Shown: positions 59,569-64,000 of the stretch, in pieces
Numbering within the stretch: position 1 is the stretch's first letter
Layout: the number at the start of each line of letters is the position of its first letter
Assembly: GCA_030603385.1 (NCBI GenBank)
Contig: JAUVXW010000004.1
Coordinates: 64,001 to 128,000, forward strand
Origin: Promethearchaeota archaeon
GTDB taxonomy: Archaea > Asgardarchaeota > Lokiarchaeia > Sigyniarchaeales > SOKP01
DNA: 64,000 bases
Reading direction: 5' to 3'
Position numbers and translations under genes: made by a program
The notes under the pieces: model-generated
Database searches by the model: none
What the model was told of the DNA's origin: nothing
The model's input: the letters and a program-made list of their open reading frames with translations, nothing else

Positions 59569-60855
59569 ATGAAAGATATAAGAAAAGAATTAAAAATTAC
59601 GAATGAGGCATTAAAAGCTGTAAATGATTTTCTCTTGGATGAAAAAAATCCATTAATAAATAAACTATTCGAAGTAATCGAAAAATACGGTGGAGTCGAA
59701 GAAATCAACAAAAAAGCTAAAGAAGAAAGTCAATTAGACAACCTATTAGATAAATTGAAACATAAAAAGCTAGATTATATCCAAGATATTGAATGGTTGA
59801 TTAAACAAAGAGAAAAAAATGCTTTTATTAGTATACCTGATTATAGAAAAAAAATTCTTGGAGATAAATTATCTGAGATTACATTTGATAAGGATTTTGC
59901 TGTCACATTAGAGCTTTCAGCATGTCAATATTTTCCATTTTTTATAGATATTGTAAAAGCTGCAATTGAAGATCAGAATTTAATGCCGAGTAGAATAATC
60001 CGCGTTAGAAAAATGAAAGAACAAGAAGAGGATGGCGATTTATTAGCTATGGCAGCTGCGATGCAAATTATAGGAGCGACTTATGTAGAAACATTAGATA
60101 CCAAGGGAACGGCTCCTGGCCCTGATGGATTACCGATAAATGTACATCTTGGTGGACCCGAAACCATAACAGGTTATTTTGGAGGAATTGGGCAACCTAA
60201 CGATCTTGCATTAAAGTGGATTGATGAATATCTTTATTATTATACTAATTATGGTATCAAGCAAGTTTTAAATGTTAATCCTGGAACCGTCCTTCTTGGA
60301 TACTTCATGCATAAACTTGGAATAAATAATGAATTCAAAATCTCAGTATATATGGGAAATGATAATCCCTACGCTTGTTTGTGGACTCTTTTAACAGCAA
60401 AATTATTTGCCAGAGAAGATGGAACAAGTTCGTTGATTGGTTTTAATCTTGCTAATTCCGTAAATAATGAAACGATTGAACTCTCTGCTTATATTAGAAA
60501 AGAATTTGATTTTGAAGATGTTGTTAGATTTGAACATCATGTAATTGAGACACAGAAAAGTATTGTACGCCAACCATATGATCGAAGGGACGAATTAGTG
60601 GAGGTTGCTACGAAAGTAAAAAATATCAGTGCTAAACATGAAGGTGGTGATGTAGAAATGGATAAAAACAGAGAATATCCTTCAGATATTTTAGATTATT
60701 TTAGAGATAAGCAAGAGATTATTGATTCGGGTCATTGGGAATTTATGCGTAGAAATCACCTTGATAGATATATTGCTGTAAATACTACAGCTAAAATATT
60801 AACTGAAAATGGCATTGATATTATTGCTGCCCAAAATCTTCATAAATATGAATAA
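59569..60855 (+). CDS. Conserved-looking hypothetical protein, first gene of an apparent operon with the DapA-Fae fusion
   Basis: 428-aa ORF, 22 bp from the next gene. No family recognised. Confidence 0.75.
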   Translation: MKDIRKELKITNEALKAVNDFLLDEKNPLINKLFEVIEKYGGVEEINKKAKEESQLDNLLDKLKHKKLDYIQDIEWLIKQREKNAFISIPDYRKKILGDKLSEITFDKDFAVTLELSACQYFPFFIDIVKAAIEDQNLMPSRIIRVRKMKEQEEDGDLLAMAAAMQIIGATYVETLDTKGTAPGPDGLPINVHLGGPETITGYFGGIGQPNDLALKWIDEYLYYYTNYGIKQVLNVNPGTVLLGYFMHKLGINNEFKISVYMGNDNPYACLWTLLTAKLFAREDGTSSLIGFNLANSVNNETIELSAYIRKEFDFEDVVRFEHHVIETQKSIVRQPYDRRDELVEVATKVKNISAKHEGGDVEMDKNREYPSDILDYFRDKQEIIDSGHWEFMRRNHLDRYIAVNTTAKILTENGIDIIAAQNLHKYE

Positions 60856-60877
60856 ATTGAAGTGAGTTGACTAAAAT

Positions 60878-62365
60878 ATGGGAAAATTTGATTTTCGACC
60901 TAAAGGTGTTATGCCTGCTATGGTAACGCCGTTTAATAAGGATGAATCTATAAATGAAGAGAATTTAAGAAATTTAGTAAATTTTCTTATCGAACAAGGT
61001 GTAACTGGTCTTGTTCCAGTTGGTACTACTGGAGAATTTGTTAATATGACATTCAAGGAGCGTTTAAAAGTTATTGAAATTGTTGTGGATGAAGTAAATG
61101 GCAGAGTTCCAGTGATTGCTGGGACTGGGGAAACAGGTACAAAATTAGTTGTTGATGCTACTAATGCTGCCACTAACATTGGTGCTGATGCAGTATTAAT
61201 AGTCACACCTTATTATTTAAAACCTAAAGCAAAAGGATTATATGATCATTATTATACTATTACGGAAAAAACAGATATTCCAATAGTTTTATACAACATC
61301 CCCCCTTGTACTGGAGTGGAATTGCCATGGACCGTTGTTGAAGATTTAGTTGATATTGAAAATATCGTAGCAATAAAAGATTCGAGTGGAGATTACAAAT
61401 ATTTTTCGGCATTATTAGAAAAAGTAAGTGATAAGATCTCAGTTTTGATTGGATGGGATGAAAATGTGTTGGGGGCCTTAGCTGGGGGTGCTGCAGGTTG
61501 TATATTGGGATCAGCTAATATTTTTCCTAAAATATGGATTGAAATATATGATCATGTGAAAAATAATCATTTAGAAGAAGCACAGGTTCTTCAAAAAAAA
61601 GTACAAAAGTTAGCAAGACTATTAATAAATTCTGGTGCATTAGGGGTAAAATCATGTTTAAATATGATGAAAATTCCAGTAGGGACTACACGTAAACCAC
61701 TTGTGCTAGGAGACGCACTCTCTTATGAGATTAAAGACGAGTTACGGGTTGAACTTGAAAAATTAGGTTTTATTAAAAAAACAGAAATCCAATTTGAATT
61801 TGGAGACAAGTCACTTATAAGTCGTTTTTATGCTGTCGGAATTACTCCTCAGAAAATCTCTGATTTCGACTTAAAAGTAGGGGAATCTCTAGTAGGGGAT
61901 CGTGCAGAACTTGCTCATATTGACCTTCTAATCGGTAAAAAAAATGGACCTGTTGGTAATGCCTATGCTCAAGCTTTAACTAATCCAGAAGAAGGACGTG
62001 AAGGGCTTCAAGTCATACTTGAACCTAATATGCAAATTAAACCACCGACAATTATGATTCCTACCATTCGTCCAACTTCTCTCCGTCATGCTAGTCTTAC
62101 TTATGGGCCTGCTCAGGCTGCTATTGCTAAAGCTGTTATGCAATGTGTTGAAGATGGAATTCTTCCGAAAGAATTAGCTGAAGAAATCGTTCTAATTGTT
62201 AATGTTTTTGTTCATCCAAGTGCTAGTGCCAGAAAAAGAGTATTTATTAATAATTATAAGGCAACTCGAAATGCTATCCGAAAAGCAATGGAAGGCTTAC
62301 CAACTGTAGACGATGGAATAGAGAACGCAGAAATTGCACGACATCCTTTTAGGAACGATCCATAA
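60878..62365 (+). CDS. Fusion of a DapA/class I aldolase domain and formaldehyde-activating enzyme (Fae)
   Basis: N-terminal: VTPF, GTTGE, LYNIP, AIKDSSGD. C-terminal: VGESLVG..AELAHIDLLIGKK.GPVG, GPAQAAIAKAV, VFVHP, NY.AT..AI..A, HPF. Confidence 0.88.
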   Translation: MGKFDFRPKGVMPAMVTPFNKDESINEENLRNLVNFLIEQGVTGLVPVGTTGEFVNMTFKERLKVIEIVVDEVNGRVPVIAGTGETGTKLVVDATNAATNIGADAVLIVTPYYLKPKAKGLYDHYYTITEKTDIPIVLYNIPPCTGVELPWTVVEDLVDIENIVAIKDSSGDYKYFSALLEKVSDKISVLIGWDENVLGALAGGAAGCILGSANIFPKIWIEIYDHVKNNHLEEAQVLQKKVQKLARLLINSGALGVKSCLNMMKIPVGTTRKPLVLGDALSYEIKDELRVELEKLGFIKKTEIQFEFGDKSLISRFYAVGITPQKISDFDLKVGESLVGDRAELAHIDLLIGKKNGPVGNAYAQALTNPEEGREGLQVILEPNMQIKPPTIMIPTIRPTSLRHASLTYGPAQAAIAKAVMQCVEDGILPKELAEEIVLIVNVFVHPSASARKRVFINNYKATRNAIRKAMEGLPTVDDGIENAEIARHPFRNDP

Positions 62366-62751
62366 ATTCAAATTTTAATTTCTTCTTATTTTATGTTTGA
62401 ATAAAAAATAACGTAATAATTGTAGACTCTATTAAGAAAATTTGGGAAAATATATTAGCACTACATTTGGCTATCGAAAAATATAGAAAGTATCTGGTAC
62501 AATTCCTTTAAGTAAGAGCGCAGAAAACATTAAAAAATTTTTATTGAAAGATTAGAACTAATTTTTTGTAAAACTACTTTTTTCTATTCATTTATTAGAT
62601 TTTATAAATTATTAATTGAAATCCTTTAGTATGTTTATTTTTTAAACTCAAACCGCATAAATTTAATACTTCATAACGCTAATATTGATAATCTTAAGTA
62701 TTTCTATAATTATTAGTAAATTCAAATAAATAATTATGAAGATTAACAGAG

Positions 62752-63249
62752 ATGAAAAATGATATGGCAGAGCAAATATTGGAAATAGAAGTTGGAGCAG
62801 AAGCTCCTAATTTTTGTCTTCCAGATAAGGATAATAAAGAAGTATGCTTGAACGATTTTAAAGGAAAATTTGTTGTACTCTACTTTTACCCTAAAGATAA
62901 TACACCGGGATGTACAACCGAAGCAATAGGATTTACAGGAATCTTGCCTGAACTGCAAAAATTAGACACTGTTGTTATTGGCATTAGTCCGGATAGCCCT
63001 GAATCACATGCTAAGTTTATAAAGAAGAAAAACTTGAAAGTTACACTTCTTAGCGATGTTGATAAAAAAGTAATTAAAGAATACGGTAAATGGGCTAAGA
63101 AAAAATTTAGAGGTAAAAAATATATGGGTGTTGTTCGGAGTACATTTTTAATAAATCCTAACGGAAAGATAGTGCATATTTGGCCCAAAGTTTCTGTCAA
63201 GGGGCATCCTGAAGATGTTCAAAATGTTTTAACTGAATTAAGGAAATAG
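62752..63249 (+). CDS. bcp: Peroxiredoxin Bcp/PrxQ
   Basis: LYFYPKDNTPGCTTEA, GVVRSTFLI. Confidence 0.92.
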   Translation: MKNDMAEQILEIEVGAEAPNFCLPDKDNKEVCLNDFKGKFVVLYFYPKDNTPGCTTEAIGFTGILPELQKLDTVVIGISPDSPESHAKFIKKKNLKVTLLSDVDKKVIKEYGKWAKKKFRGKKYMGVVRSTFLINPNGKIVHIWPKVSVKGHPEDVQNVLTELRK

Positions 63250-63263
63250 TACTGTTTTAAATT

Positions 63264-63848
63264 ATGAATGTTAAAGAAGCAATTGAGAAAAGAAGAGCTT
63301 ACCGATCTCTTGATCCAATTGAAACAACTGATGAGTTAATTCGAGATCTTGCAGAAATAGTTAAAATTACCCCTTCATGTGTTAATAAGCAACCTTGGAG
63401 ATTTATTTTTGTTAAGGATAAAGCACAATTAAACAGATTATTTACGATTGTATCAAAAGGGAATAAATGGGTTGAAAAGACTTCAATGATTATTGCTGTA
63501 TTTAGTAAACCTGAAAATGATTGTATTATTGGAGACCGTCTTTATTATTTATTTGATACTGGAATGGCTACAGCATTTTTGATACTACGGGCTACAGAAT
63601 TAGGCTTAGTTGCACACCCCATTGCAGGCTTTAAAGAACCCCAAGCAAAAGAGATTCTTGAAATTCCTGATGAGATGAGATTAATTACTCTTGTTATTAT
63701 TGGAAAACATTCAAAAGATGTAAATCCTGTTCTATCTAATGCAATGAAATTAGGAGAAAAACAAAGACCTCCTCGAAAACAGTTAGAAGATTTTATCTTC
63801 ATAAATAGCTATAATAATAAATTCCATGAAGAAACAGGTAAAAATTAA
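63264..63848 (+). CDS. Nitroreductase family protein
   Basis: [23 protein letters not shown]. Confidence 0.9.
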   Translation: MNVKEAIEKRRAYRSLDPIETTDELIRDLAEIVKITPSCVNKQPWRFIFVKDKAQLNRLFTIVSKGNKWVEKTSMIIAVFSKPENDCIIGDRLYYLFDTGMATAFLILRATELGLVAHPIAGFKEPQAKEILEIPDEMRLITLVIIGKHSKDVNPVLSNAMKLGEKQRPPRKQLEDFIFINSYNNKFHEETGKN

Positions 63849-64000
63849 TGAGTTATAACTTAAAAATGAGTAATAGAAATCATTTATCCAATGAAAAAAG
63901 CCCTTATTTACAACAACATGCTGAAAATCCTGTTAATTGGTATCCATGGGGAAAAGAGGCTTTTAATAAAGCTCAAGAGGAAGATAAACCAATTTTTTTA
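63848..64000 (+). CDS. Thioredoxin-domain protein YyaL/SSP411 (5' fragment)
   Basis: [29 protein letters not shown]...EDKPIFL, running off the window. Confidence 0.88.
   Translation, partial: MSYNLKMSNRNHLSNEKSPYLQQHAENPVNWYPWGKEAFNKAQEEDKPIFL

Noticed and set aside
1996-63802. Numerous short antisense or overlapping track ORFs (e.g. 1996-2289, 30574-31089, 34048-34254, 60871-61206)
   Set aside because: They are shadow frames of well-supported genes on the opposite strand or in another frame.
1-64000. tRNA or rRNA genes
   Set aside because: No GC-rich cloverleaf or rRNA-like segment was seen by eye. The BHB motifs lie in coding context.

Overview
Very AT-rich archaeal chromosome segment, most consistent with an Asgard archaeon of the Lokiarchaeia type. 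This is inferred from the archaeal histone, fwd/hdrB/fae H4MPT-linked genes, LRR, longin-like and LITAF-like proteins, and an IPGY-TM-basic surface-protein tail. Ordinary content includes two glutamate dehydrogenases, two AlaX editing proteins, an FATP-type acyl-CoA synthetase, a DRG GTPase, class II RNR, a tRNA methylthiotransferase, haloalkane dehalogenase, HdrB, FdhD, an fwd operon, a 2-oxoacid:ferredoxin oxidoreductase pair, UDP-glucose dehydrogenase, Bcp, a nitroreductase and four toxin-antitoxin-type pairs. MAIN FINDING: three 29-30 nt insertions inside protein-coding genes. Two lie in a histone gene missed by the ORF track (57047-57076, 57207-57236) and one lies in a membrane hexapeptide-repeat gene (9517-9545, minus strand). 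Each contains stop codons and folds into a bulge-helix-bulge (BHB)-like structure. Cutting each at the canonical tRNA-splicing-endonuclease positions restores the reading frame and plausible residues in all three cases. This points to tRNA-endonuclease-type mRNA introns in an Asgard archaeon. Also notable: a seven-gene family of membrane plus left-handed beta-helix proteins present as split (A, B, C) and fused (AB x3, C) sets, a DapA-Fae fusion, a duplicated microprotein trailing two unrelated TA modules, and an FG-GAP propeller with homogenised repeats and variable loops.
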